Of a stretch of 64,000 bases of DNA, positions 18,694 to 27,342 are shown in pieces. Source of the stretch: Pseudomonadales bacterium (GTDB lineage: Bacteria > Pseudomonadota > Gammaproteobacteria > Pseudomonadales > Azotimanducaceae); assembly GCA_963693125.1 (NCBI GenBank), contig OY843767.1:2795549-2859548 (forward strand), in the 5' to 3' direction. Position numbers and translations under genes: made by a program. Numbering within the stretch: the stretch's first letter is position 1; each line of letters starts with the position of its first letter. The notes under the pieces were generated by a model. That model was not told where the DNA came from. It saw nothing but the letters and a program-made list of their open reading frames with translations, and did no database searches.

Positions 18694-18807
18694 AGAAACC
18701 TTATAGATAAACGGCTTCAAATTCAAGCAAAATGGGCATGACGATGCACCGATGGCGGACGAACTGTTTCCCTCCGCAGGTTACCAGTATGTGCTCTATG
18801 GTATGGG

Positions 18808-19947
18808 TTATCGGCTATCCGGTACCCTGTTTTTCGGGCTCATGGCTTTCTCGCGATACCTGTCATATTTGGCGCCGGCATAAAACTGGTGGAAGAAAAT
18901 CCGGAAGTCGTTGATGGGACCGTCGCCGGCACAAAGTGGCGGGTTCTCAATGTAACGTTGCCGGTCCCAGACGACCTTGTCCTGATCCAGTTGCTTGCAG
19001 ATATCCTTGATAATTGCTTTTGCGACACCGCCGTTTTCACCGTCCCGGTCTGACTTCAGTTGTGTGAAGGCAAATCTGAGATGGGTAACATCTCTTGCGA
19101 CAGGCGTGACGCCGGTAATCAACAGGGTTTCGCAAATACCGGTGAACCGGGTCCAGGGTTGTCCTGAACCGTTGACTCCGAAGGCGATCGTACCCTCAAC
19201 CATACCTCTGGGGGTGCCCAGCTTCACAAATACCTCAGCGGCCCGGCAATGGCCATCGTAGGTTATATGGTAGTCCGGGTTGTCTGGCACGCCATGAATG
19301 AATTGAAAGTGTGCGCTGTCAGCGCCATTTTCGGCGATGGATTGTATGGGGCCATAAACAATCCATTCGTGTCGTTCATAGTCCGTCCAATCCGGGTGTC
19401 CAACCTCATCAAATTCTTTCAGATCATAGGTTGGTTCAATGTTGTCCGGGTGGTACCAGGCCCATATAAAACCGTTCGCTTCTTTGGTTGGATAACTGCG
19501 TTCGCATGCCGGTCTTTTCATTTTGGGCGGGATGGATTTCGAATAAGGAATCTCAACCGCAGCGCCTTCGCCGTCCCAGCGCCAGGCATGGAATGGGCAC
19601 TGGATGTTGTTGCCATCGACTTTTCCGCCGTAACCCATGTGAGCACCCAGATGAGGGCAGTACGCATCCAGGGTTCGCGGTATGCCATCTTCGCCACGCC
19701 AGACCACGAGTTCACGTTCAAAATATTCAAGCGGCCTGACCTCGCCGACTGAGAGTTCATCGCTGTAGCACAAAACGAACCAGCCAAAGGGCACTGGAAT
19801 CGTAATGTTCCTGTCGTCAGCGGATTTTCCGCGCCTGACTGGTTCGACTCGCCATTTAGCCAGCGATTCCCTGTCAAAATCTTTTAGTTGATCCCAGACG
19901 AGCACCGGCGGTGTCCGGGCATCGCGAATGTCTGTTGCCTCACTCAT
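18808..19947 (-). CDS. kshA: 3-ketosteroid 9-alpha-hydroxylase oxygenase component (Rieske)
   Basis: Rieske CPHLGAHMGYGGKVDGNNIQCPFHAWRW and non-haem Fe motif DSAHFQFIH. Start re-picked at MSEATDIRD (ATG 19947), which overlaps the upstream ligase stop. Gives 379 aa. Confidence 0.8.
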   Translation of the reverse strand: MSEATDIRDARTPPVLVWDQLKDFDRESLAKWRVEPVRRGKSADDRNITIPVPFGWFVLCYSDELSVGEVRPLEYFERELVVWRGEDGIPRTLDAYCPHLGAHMGYGGKVDGNNIQCPFHAWRWDGEGAAVEIPYSKSIPPKMKRPACERSYPTKEANGFIWAWYHPDNIEPTYDLKEFDEVGHPDWTDYERHEWIVYGPIQSIAENGADSAHFQFIHGVPDNPDYHITYDGHCRAAEVFVKLGTPRGMVEGTIAFGVNGSGQPWTRFTGICETLLITGVTPVARDVTHLRFAFTQLKSDRDGENGGVAKAIIKDICKQLDQDKVVWDRQRYIENPPLCAGDGPINDFRIFFHQFYAGAKYDRYREKAMSPKNRVPDSR

Positions 19948-21583
19948 TAGAGATTCCTTCTTCGAATTGCGATTTGATCTCGCGTTTGAGTAGCTTGCCC
20001 GTTGCATTTTTTGGCAGCTCAGCGGTCTGCACATAAAGTGCTTTGGGCACCTTGTATCCGGCGAGGCCGTCGGCGCAATGGGTTAGCAGGTCTTCAGCGC
20101 CGGTTGTTGCGGAATCATTGACTACCGCCACGGCGACTAGCTGCTCGCCCAATCGCTCGTCCGGTATGCCAAAGGCGGCACATTCGGTTACATCCGGATG
20201 GATGCCCAATACGCGCTCGACTTCAGCGCAGTAGATGTTCTCGCCGCCCGAAATCACCATATCGGTGAGCCGGTCAACAATGTACAGGTTTGCGTTCTCA
20301 TCGAAGTATCCCGCATCGCCGGTTGCAAACCAGCCGTTCTCGTCAATCACCTGCGCATCATGATTCGCATAGCCGGCCATTAACGATGCTCCCCGGACAA
20401 ATATTTCACCGACTTCACCTGCTGCAAGGGTCGCGCCGGTTGCATCACGAATTTCCCCATCAAAGGTTGCGATCATCCTGCCGACGCTGCCCGGATTGGC
20501 GATAAAATCCTCGCCTATGATCAGAGTGACTGTGCCGTTTGCTTCCGTCATGCCATATCCCGACCCGAGCACGGCGCCGGGGAATTCGGTTTGAATCGCC
20601 TTCAGCAGCGATGGGGGTGTTGCCTGTCCGCCGACAGACAGAGAAGTAATGCTGGATAGATCAAAGGATGATCGTTGCTCGTTGTGCAGGATGTCCCAGT
20701 GCATTGTCGGAACGCCGGGGAAAGACGTAACCTTTTCCTGCTCGATCAATCGCAGTGCCTCGGTGGCGTCCCATCGTGGCAACAGGACAAGTTTGCCGCC
20801 CTGCATCATCCCGGACAGGAACACTGCATGACAGCCACTTACGTGAAAGAGCGGAAAGACGAGCAGGGTTACGGGAGGCGGTCGCATGCTGATGAGTGTT
20901 TCGTAGTCGATGTTATATCGCCGTGCCATCTGATCGGCGATCAGGGCGCCGGAATACCGGATGGTCTTTAGAGATGTCAGCACCCCCTGGTTGGTCAGGA
21001 TTGCCGCTTTGGGTCTGCCGGTTGTCCCGCTTGTGAACATCAGTAGCGCTTCGTCATCACCCGCCCGTGTGACGTCAGGCAGTGTCGAATCCGGCTTGCG
21101 GATTGCCAGGCTGCGTGCCTGCTGACTTGAAATGGACTGCGTATCTGCTGATTGGTCGCCCAGCAACAAGAGGCACCGGGTGGATGCTATACAGTACCGA
21201 AGCTCATCATCTGAAGCGCGAGCATTAACGAGAACCGGCACGGCACCCAGAGAAACCAGGGCAGTGAATGAAAGAACCCATTCGATAGAGTTGGGGTAGG
21301 CCAGGGCCACCCGACTGCCTGGCCTGACCTGATACCCGTCGCCCAGACTGTCGGCCAGTGACGCGGCCATTGTCTGAAATTGCCCGTAGGTGATTCGCTC
21401 ACCATCGGCGACCACGAAATCGTTGGCGCCAAACTCGTCAAGGTAGCGAAAAATCTGATTCAGGCAGTCGAAGTTTTCTTCAAAATCCCGATATGACCTG
21501 CCACGGATGACCCTTTCAACCAGTTTATATTCTGTTTCAATCGCCTCGTTCAACGTTTCACCAATATTTCGTGCAATATGCAT
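19940..21583 (-). CDS. AMP-dependent acyl-CoA synthetase (steroid side-chain ligase-like)
   Basis: 547-aa ORF with MFTSGTTGRPKA (AMP-binding P-loop), GYGMTE, GWFATGD and PKNATGKLLK. Confidence 0.85.
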   Translation of the reverse strand: MHIARNIGETLNEAIETEYKLVERVIRGRSYRDFEENFDCLNQIFRYLDEFGANDFVVADGERITYGQFQTMAASLADSLGDGYQVRPGSRVALAYPNSIEWVLSFTALVSLGAVPVLVNARASDDELRYCIASTRCLLLLGDQSADTQSISSQQARSLAIRKPDSTLPDVTRAGDDEALLMFTSGTTGRPKAAILTNQGVLTSLKTIRYSGALIADQMARRYNIDYETLISMRPPPVTLLVFPLFHVSGCHAVFLSGMMQGGKLVLLPRWDATEALRLIEQEKVTSFPGVPTMHWDILHNEQRSSFDLSSITSLSVGGQATPPSLLKAIQTEFPGAVLGSGYGMTEANGTVTLIIGEDFIANPGSVGRMIATFDGEIRDATGATLAAGEVGEIFVRGASLMAGYANHDAQVIDENGWFATGDAGYFDENANLYIVDRLTDMVISGGENIYCAEVERVLGIHPDVTECAAFGIPDERLGEQLVAVAVVNDSATTGAEDLLTHCADGLAGYKVPKALYVQTAELPKNATGKLLKREIKSQFEEGISNE

Positions 21584-21650
21584 TTTTTTATTTGAAAACT
21601 ATCTATATGCGTCGTTAGACTACTATTTTGTTGCGAATGTGAAAAGTCGA

Positions 21651-22427
21651 ATGAATGGTTTTTCAGGGTCTGTCGGCGTTATAACGGGCGCATCCGAGGG
21701 TATCGGTTTTGCCATCGCGCAGCGGCTTGTGGCGGAAGGTGCGCGTGTCTTCATTTGTGGTCGTCGGTCGGATGCACTTGAACAGGCGCAAGCGAGTCTT
21801 GGGGATGGCTGCATAGAAGCAAGGTCTCTGGATGTCGCTGATTCAAACAGTCTGGCTGGTTTTATCGAAGACATCGTCGTGCGTGAGGGGCGGCTTGATT
21901 TTCTGGTTAACAATGCCATGCATGTTGGTTGGAATGCCATTGTTGATACCTCCCTGGATGATTTCAGGCATGACTTTCAGGTTAACGTCGACGCCGCTTT
22001 CGTGGCGACAAAGGCGGCCATGGCGCACATGGTCTCGCAGAAAGGCGGTTCCATACTGAACATTGCCAGCATCAATGGCCTTCTGGCGATTGAAAACATG
22101 GCAGCTTACTCGGCATCCAAAGCGGCGCTCATACACTTTTCCAGGTGTGCTGCGATGGAAGGCGCCGCAGGCAATGTGCGAGTGAATGTGATTGCGCCGG
22201 GCGTGATTGCGACGCCCGCTACAACCAGTGCCCTGGGCGGGATTGAAGGATATACCGAGGCTGTCGCCGCCGGTGTTCCGATGAATCGTCTGGGTGAACC
22301 GGAAGAGGTTGCCGCAGTAGCCGCTTTTTTCCTGTCGAGGGAGTCAAGCTACGTGACGGGCACCTGCCTCTCGGTGGATGGTGGTAAGGCGACGCAACTG
22401 GTTGTGCCCCCACCACCTATAAATTAG
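21651..22427 (+). CDS. SDR family oxidoreductase
   Basis: Start re-picked at MNGFSGSVGVITGASEGIG. YSASKAAL present. The ORF-track N-terminal extension overlaps the divergent ligase gene. Confidence 0.8.
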   Translation: MNGFSGSVGVITGASEGIGFAIAQRLVAEGARVFICGRRSDALEQAQASLGDGCIEARSLDVADSNSLAGFIEDIVVREGRLDFLVNNAMHVGWNAIVDTSLDDFRHDFQVNVDAAFVATKAAMAHMVSQKGGSILNIASINGLLAIENMAAYSASKAALIHFSRCAAMEGAAGNVRVNVIAPGVIATPATTSALGGIEGYTEAVAAGVPMNRLGEPEEVAAVAAFFLSRESSYVTGTCLSVDGGKATQLVVPPPPIN

Positions 22428-22446
22428 CTGTTTGTCGGAGAAGAAT

Positions 22447-23274
22447 ATGAGTGAACTGGATAGTCGGGTGGCCATTGTCACTGGCGCGGGCCAGGGTATG
22501 GGGCAGGCTATTGCCCTGGAGTTATCCAACAGGGGCGCGAAGGTTTTTGCGCTGGATTTGAACCCGGATACTGTGACTGAAACCGCCAGTCTTGATGCGA
22601 AGGGCCGGGTAACACCCCTGGCCTGCGATGTGAGTAAAAGCGCTGCCGTTGACGAGGTCTTTGGGAATATCGAAGCGGATGCCGGGCCGGTCGATATCCT
22701 TGTTAACAATGCCGGTATTGGTCGTGCTCCGGGCGATGGCAGCGATACCATGTATGAACTGATGGGGAAGCGTAATGAAGAGCTTGCTGCCGACGGTCAT
22801 TCAGATGTATTCGTGGACCACCTGATATATATGGACGATGAAGGCTGGCAGGGCGTCATGGACGTTAACCTGAACGGTACTTTTTACTGTACCCGTGCCG
22901 CTGTGAGGTCAATGATCGCCCATGATGTTAAAGGTTCTATTATCAGTATCGCTTCAACGGCAGCGCAATCCGGAGAAGGTGCCGCGCATTATGTCACCAG
23001 TAAGGCTGCCATTGTCGGTCTGACCCGGTCACTCGCGCGTGAACTGGGGCCGCGAGGAATCCGAATCAATGCTGTGGCGCCAGGGCCAACGAATACACCG
23101 GTTATGGCCGGTATTCCGGATGAATGGATCGCTGATATGGAGGCGGCGATTCCTCTCGGGCGTATGGCGGAACCCTCGGAAATTGCCGCTGCTGTTGTCT
23201 GGCTGGCCTCTGATGCGTCAAGTATGTGCACCGGTTCCGTGCTGGTCGCCAATGGCGGGAGCTACTTTTTCTAA
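22447..23274 (+). CDS. SDR family oxidoreductase
   Basis: The ATG at 22447 has GGAG 7 nt upstream. VTGAGQGMGQA and YVTSKAAI present. Confidence 0.8.
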   Translation: MSELDSRVAIVTGAGQGMGQAIALELSNRGAKVFALDLNPDTVTETASLDAKGRVTPLACDVSKSAAVDEVFGNIEADAGPVDILVNNAGIGRAPGDGSDTMYELMGKRNEELAADGHSDVFVDHLIYMDDEGWQGVMDVNLNGTFYCTRAAVRSMIAHDVKGSIISIASTAAQSGEGAAHYVTSKAAIVGLTRSLARELGPRGIRINAVAPGPTNTPVMAGIPDEWIADMEAAIPLGRMAEPSEIAAAVVWLASDASSMCTGSVLVANGGSYFF

Positions 23275-23280
23275 ACGATG

Positions 23281-23303
23281 CAGGGGAAACTCTGAATAAT
23301 GTC
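23281..23303 (-). repeat. Solo arm of the same repeat family
   Basis: The reverse complement gacattattcagagtttccc is identical over 20 nt to 52252-52271. Lies between convergent SDR and ferredoxin stops. Confidence 0.8.
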
Positions 23304-23619
23304 ACTCTTCAGGGGCAATCTGAAGTGACAACCCCGCCATATCCGGGGTAATTTCAATCTGGCAGGTCAGCCGGGATCTTCCCGGATCAAAGTGTTCGAG
23401 GGACTCAAGCAGTTCTGATTCGTCCGCACCGGGCGGGTCGAGTTTCGAGAACCAGACGTCATCCAGCAGGCAGTGGCAGGTGGCACAGGCACACTGACCC
23501 CCGCAAATGGCTTCCACACCCAGGCCTTCATCGCGGAGTGTTTCCATCAGGATGCCGCCATCACAGGCGTCAACTTCCTGTTGATTATTCTCACGGTCGG
23601 TGACGAGGATCCTTGTCAT
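23302..23619 (-). CDS. [2Fe-2S] ferredoxin, adrenodoxin/putidaredoxin type
   Basis: 105-aa ORF with the cluster motif CGGQCACATCHC plus a distal Cys in RLTCQI. Confidence 0.85.
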   Translation of the reverse strand: MTRILVTDRENNQQEVDACDGGILMETLRDEGLGVEAICGGQCACATCHCLLDDVWFSKLDPPGADESELLESLEHFDPGRSRLTCQIEITPDMAGLSLQIAPEE

Positions 23620-23633
23620 TGTGCTTTCCGGTT

Positions 23634-25166
23634 CTATCTGTCAGGTTTTTTCAGCAAGAACTTTTGCACCTTGCCTGATGCGTTGCGCGGTAGTGTCTGG
23701 TGAACGACTACGTGCCTCGGCGCCTTGTAATTGGCCATTTTACGTTTTGCCCAGGTCAAAAATTCGTCGGTACTGAAACTGTTTGTGTTTGTTACCACGT
23801 GAGCCTCGCAAACTTCGCCAAGACGGTTATCGGGAACCCCGATCACGGCAACATCCGAGATGTGCCTGTGTTCGAGTAGCATGTTTTCGATTTCGGCGGG
23901 ATAGCAGTTGAAGCCGCCACTGATGAACATATCTTTTACGCGATCTGTAATTCTGAGATAGCCTGCCTCGTTAATCACACCAAGGTCGCCCGTTTTTAAC
24001 CAGCCATCTGGCGTGATGGCTTCGGCGGTGGCTTCCGGGTCATCCAGATAACCCTGCATGACGTTAAATCCACGAACCCGTATCTCTCCGGTCTCGCCAG
24101 CCGCCACCGGCCTGCCATCAGGGTCAACGGCCAGGACCTCTACGCCTTCCATTGGCTTTCCCGATGTTGTCGCAATGGTTTCAATGTCGTCACCTGACTG
24201 GCAGAGAGACACAACACCGGTTGATTCTGTCAAACCGTAAGCAGTGTAAACATCATCAAACGCAAGCACTTCTTTCATATCGCGAACGAGTTGTACCGGT
24301 ACGGATGCCGCCCCGGTTACCGCGCACCTCAAAGAAGACAGTTCGTACCGGCCAAGCCCCGGGTGCATCAGCAAAGATTGAAATATCGTTGGTGCGCCGG
24401 GCAGGAATGTAATTTTCTCGTCCTGTATCAGTTGAAGGGTTTCGTCGATATTAAAGCTCGGCATGGGGTAGATCGTGGCCCCCTGAATCAATGCGGCCAG
24501 CCAGCCGGCCTTGTAGCCAAAGGCATGAAAATAGGGATTAACGATCAGATAGCGATCCGATGTGTTCAACGTAACCCCGGACGACCAGGCTTGAAATACG
24601 GCAATATTCTGTTCGTGGCTTGTCATGACACCTTTTGGTGCGCCTGTTGTCCCTGACGTGTAGAGTATGTCTGCAAGATCCCGGCCCGTGATCCCGTTGG
24701 CCCTGGAATGAACAGATGAATCCTCAAAGTGCTGACTGGCAGCTTTGAACAGTTCCGGATTATCGACCGGCAGAACTTGAATATTGTCCGGAAACTGCAT
24801 CTCAGCCAGCATGGCTTCATAGTCGATGCCAAGAAATTCGGGACTATAGAAAACGATTCTGGCTTTGGAGCGTAGAATAATGTCCTGGCATTCAGCGGTT
24901 TTGTAGCGTGTATTGATCGGCACCAGCACACCGCCGATGGCCTGACCTGCCAGGGCGATAACCTGCCAGATGACGCTGTTGGGCGCCCAGATCGCGAATC
25001 GCTCACCCGGCAGCAGATCATGGGCCAGAAAGACCTTTGCCAATTCAGTGACCCTGTCTTGTAGTGCACCGAAAGTCAGCGATTCATGACCGCTGACAAT
25101 GGCAGCCTTGTCCGGCCAGGTGGTGGCTGCCCGGTTCAGTATCAGCGGGATAGTCGATTCCGGCAT
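23634..25166 (-). CDS. AMP-dependent acyl-CoA synthetase (FadD3/HIP-CoA ligase-like size)
   Basis: 510-aa ORF with YTSGTTGAPKG, YGLTE, GWLKTGD and PRNASGKVQK. Confidence 0.8.
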   Translation of the reverse strand: MPESTIPLILNRAATTWPDKAAIVSGHESLTFGALQDRVTELAKVFLAHDLLPGERFAIWAPNSVIWQVIALAGQAIGGVLVPINTRYKTAECQDIILRSKARIVFYSPEFLGIDYEAMLAEMQFPDNIQVLPVDNPELFKAASQHFEDSSVHSRANGITGRDLADILYTSGTTGAPKGVMTSHEQNIAVFQAWSSGVTLNTSDRYLIVNPYFHAFGYKAGWLAALIQGATIYPMPSFNIDETLQLIQDEKITFLPGAPTIFQSLLMHPGLGRYELSSLRCAVTGAASVPVQLVRDMKEVLAFDDVYTAYGLTESTGVVSLCQSGDDIETIATTSGKPMEGVEVLAVDPDGRPVAAGETGEIRVRGFNVMQGYLDDPEATAEAITPDGWLKTGDLGVINEAGYLRITDRVKDMFISGGFNCYPAEIENMLLEHRHISDVAVIGVPDNRLGEVCEAHVVTNTNSFSTDEFLTWAKRKMANYKAPRHVVVHQTLPRNASGKVQKFLLKKPDR

Positions 25167-25170
25167 CCTG

Positions 25171-25803
25171 CTACCGAACGCGTATCCTGGGGTCCGGTGC
25201 GCCGCGCCGAATGGTTATCAGGAAATCGCCAAGTGGAGCGGGCGGTGCAACCTCGGGTTCATCGTCTGAGGGTGGGTGTTGCCAGAATGCTTCCCAGGAT
25301 GGGAACAACTCATGAAAAGCGCCCTCATACGGTTCCCGATCAGGCCAGCGCATTTTCTGATCGCCAACAGGCGGTTTGTTGAGGTCAGTGGCGTACCAAT
25401 AGCAGGGTAGCCGCCTTCTGAACAACCATTGGTCATCAACGCGCTCGTAGTCGTCCCAGTAAAGCATTTGCATGATTACCCACTCATCTCCGGTTTCATG
25501 TTCATTTTTTGAGTAGAGGATCCCGTGTGCATTGTTTGTGTCGCTGAACTCTATAATATGGTTACCTGTGTGGTGAGAGGTGCCGGTGAATTGCAACCGC
25601 AGCGTGTCGTCGAGCCACCGCCTGAGGTGCGACCGGCCAACCCTGTCACGACTGACTCGGATATCCGGTGCAAAGAGGTTAACATGAGCGTCCAGATCGC
25701 GCATATCAAGGGACAGGGAATACTTCGCGACCAGTTGTCGAATTTCATCCAGTGATTCGAGTCGGTCGATACGATCTTCAAGCGATAAGGTCGATGCTGT
25801 CAT
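25171..25803 (-). CDS. NTF2/SnoaL-like fold protein
   Basis: 210-aa ORF. N-terminal EDRIDRLESLDEIRQLVAKYSLSLD is typical of SnoaL_4-type domains. Co-oriented with the ligase and ferredoxin genes. Confidence 0.6.
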   Translation of the reverse strand: MTASTLSLEDRIDRLESLDEIRQLVAKYSLSLDMRDLDAHVNLFAPDIRVSRDRVGRSHLRRWLDDTLRLQFTGTSHHTGNHIIEFSDTNNAHGILYSKNEHETGDEWVIMQMLYWDDYERVDDQWLFRRRLPCYWYATDLNKPPVGDQKMRWPDREPYEGAFHELFPSWEAFWQHPPSDDEPEVAPPAPLGDFLITIRRGAPDPRIRVR

Positions 25804-25914
25804 GAATTTTGTCCCGGATCAAATTCGCAGCAAATCATAATTAAACCAGAGCAAAAAGAAAACAAATTGTGACTTCTCTATCCTTATCCGCAAAAATATC
25901 CAGGGGTTATATAC

Positions 25915-26403
25915 ATGGTTGAAAAAGGAGAATTGAAAGCACCCGGTGGGCTTGCACCCGATGATCTGGATATGAAAATTATCCGGCTTCTGCAATCCGA
26001 TGGTCGAATGTCTACCCAGGATATTGCCAAAACCCTGAATTCAACGTCTTCAACGATCCGCAAGCGTATTGGTCGCCTTGAGGATAGCGGTACGATGCGT
26101 GTTGTGGCAGTGACTGATTTTACAGCGGCGGGATATGACGTTTTGCTTGCCATCGGGATTGAGGTTGAAAGCCGGAGCGCTCAGGCAGTGGGCGAAGATC
26201 TGGCGAATTTGCCCGAGGTTTTTTCTGTCAACCTGACCACTGGCAGCTACGATATTGAGATTCTGGTGGGTACGCGTTCCTTTGATGAGCTGGCTGTTTT
26301 CCTGCATGAAGAAGTTGCCGGTATAGAGGGAATCGGCAGGCTCAGTCCGGGGTTAACTGTTGAGGTCTATAAGTATCAGTCAGAGATGGTGCCACAGATA
26401 TGA
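25915..26403 (+). CDS. Lrp/AsnC family transcriptional regulator
   Basis: 162-aa ORF with an HTH (LDMKIIRLLQSDGRMSTQDIAKTLNSTSSTIRKRIGRLEDSG) plus a RAM-like C-terminal domain. Confidence 0.85.
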   Translation: MVEKGELKAPGGLAPDDLDMKIIRLLQSDGRMSTQDIAKTLNSTSSTIRKRIGRLEDSGTMRVVAVTDFTAAGYDVLLAIGIEVESRSAQAVGEDLANLPEVFSVNLTTGSYDIEILVGTRSFDELAVFLHEEVAGIEGIGRLSPGLTVEVYKYQSEMVPQI

Positions 26404-26879
26404 GCAAACCGATGATTGACGATGTGGATCGTAAAATCCTCGAACACTTGTCAGTTGATGGGCGAAAAAGCAATCGCGAAATTGCCCAGGAGCTGGGTCT
26501 GGGAGAGGGCACGGTGCGTGGCCGGATCAAGCGAATGCAGGAAAATCACATCATCAAAATCATGGCGCTGACCAGCTATACCGGTCCGGGGCCATCACAG
26601 ATGGCTTACATCGGTGTTCGTGCGGACCTTGCCCAGGTTAAAAAAACCGCCGAGGAGATTGCACAGTTGAGCTTTGTCAGATTCGTGGCGACCATGCTGG
26701 GTCGATATGACATTCTGGTGATTACCCTGGTCAAAGACGGCGGCGAACTGATTGATCTGGTTAACGGGCAGATTATGACCCTGCCCGGTGTGCGACATGC
26801 TGATACCACGCTTGCGGTCAAGGGGATCAAATACGATTATCGCTGGGGCCGAATCATTGACGACAATGCGACGACATAA
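26400..26879 (+). CDS. Lrp/AsnC family transcriptional regulator (overlaps previous by 4 nt)
   Basis: 159-aa ORF with the HTH DRKILEHLSVDGRKSNREIAQELGLGEGTVRGRIKRMQE. Confidence 0.85.
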   Translation: MSKPMIDDVDRKILEHLSVDGRKSNREIAQELGLGEGTVRGRIKRMQENHIIKIMALTSYTGPGPSQMAYIGVRADLAQVKKTAEEIAQLSFVRFVATMLGRYDILVITLVKDGGELIDLVNGQIMTLPGVRHADTTLAVKGIKYDYRWGRIIDDNATT

Positions 26880-27306
26880 AACGGGTTACACACATCACAG
26901 TGGTCACAGTGTCGTTGAGGTATGGGTGATCCTGTCTGATTTCCTGAACATTCCCTGGATGCCCGGCATTGATCAGTGTGAAGTGTCCGAACATCAGGGC
27001 CTGCCCGCCAGAATTCTGCATGTCCCCGGTATGGAATCAATTACCGAATTCCTGGTCAGCAAGTCGGAGACTGACCGGAAACTGGTTTACGGAGTGCTTC
27101 GAAGTACACTGATGCCCATTGATGAATATCGCGCTGAGGTGATGGTTAGTGAGGCGCCGGATGGTTGCACTGTGCAGTTTGAAGGCTCATTCAATGCGGA
27201 TGGGTCTGAGTTTGAACAGATTGAAGGATTGTTGACCGGGGCCTACCAGATGATGGCTGAAGCCATTGATCAGTATCTTTCCGGCGAAGAGCAGTCTCGG
27301 GGATGA
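26866..27306 (+). CDS. SRPBCC (START/Bet v1-like) ligand-binding fold protein; start uncertain
   Basis: EVWVILSDFLNIPWMPG near the N-terminus is typical of SRPBCC proteins. ATG at 26866 chosen. Confidence 0.55.
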   Translation: MRRHKTGYTHHSGHSVVEVWVILSDFLNIPWMPGIDQCEVSEHQGLPARILHVPGMESITEFLVSKSETDRKLVYGVLRSTLMPIDEYRAEVMVSEAPDGCTVQFEGSFNADGSEFEQIEGLLTGAYQMMAEAIDQYLSGEEQSRG

Positions 27307-27342
27307 TGAGTAAAGCCCCGATCAATAAGCCGGCCTGGCGAA

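Noticed and set aside
9622-18807. Integrase, transposase, tRNA attachment site or flanking direct repeats at the island borders.
   Set aside because: No such ORFs were found. The only shared flank string I saw is a 6-nt gatggc, which is not significant. The insertion mechanism is therefore unknown.
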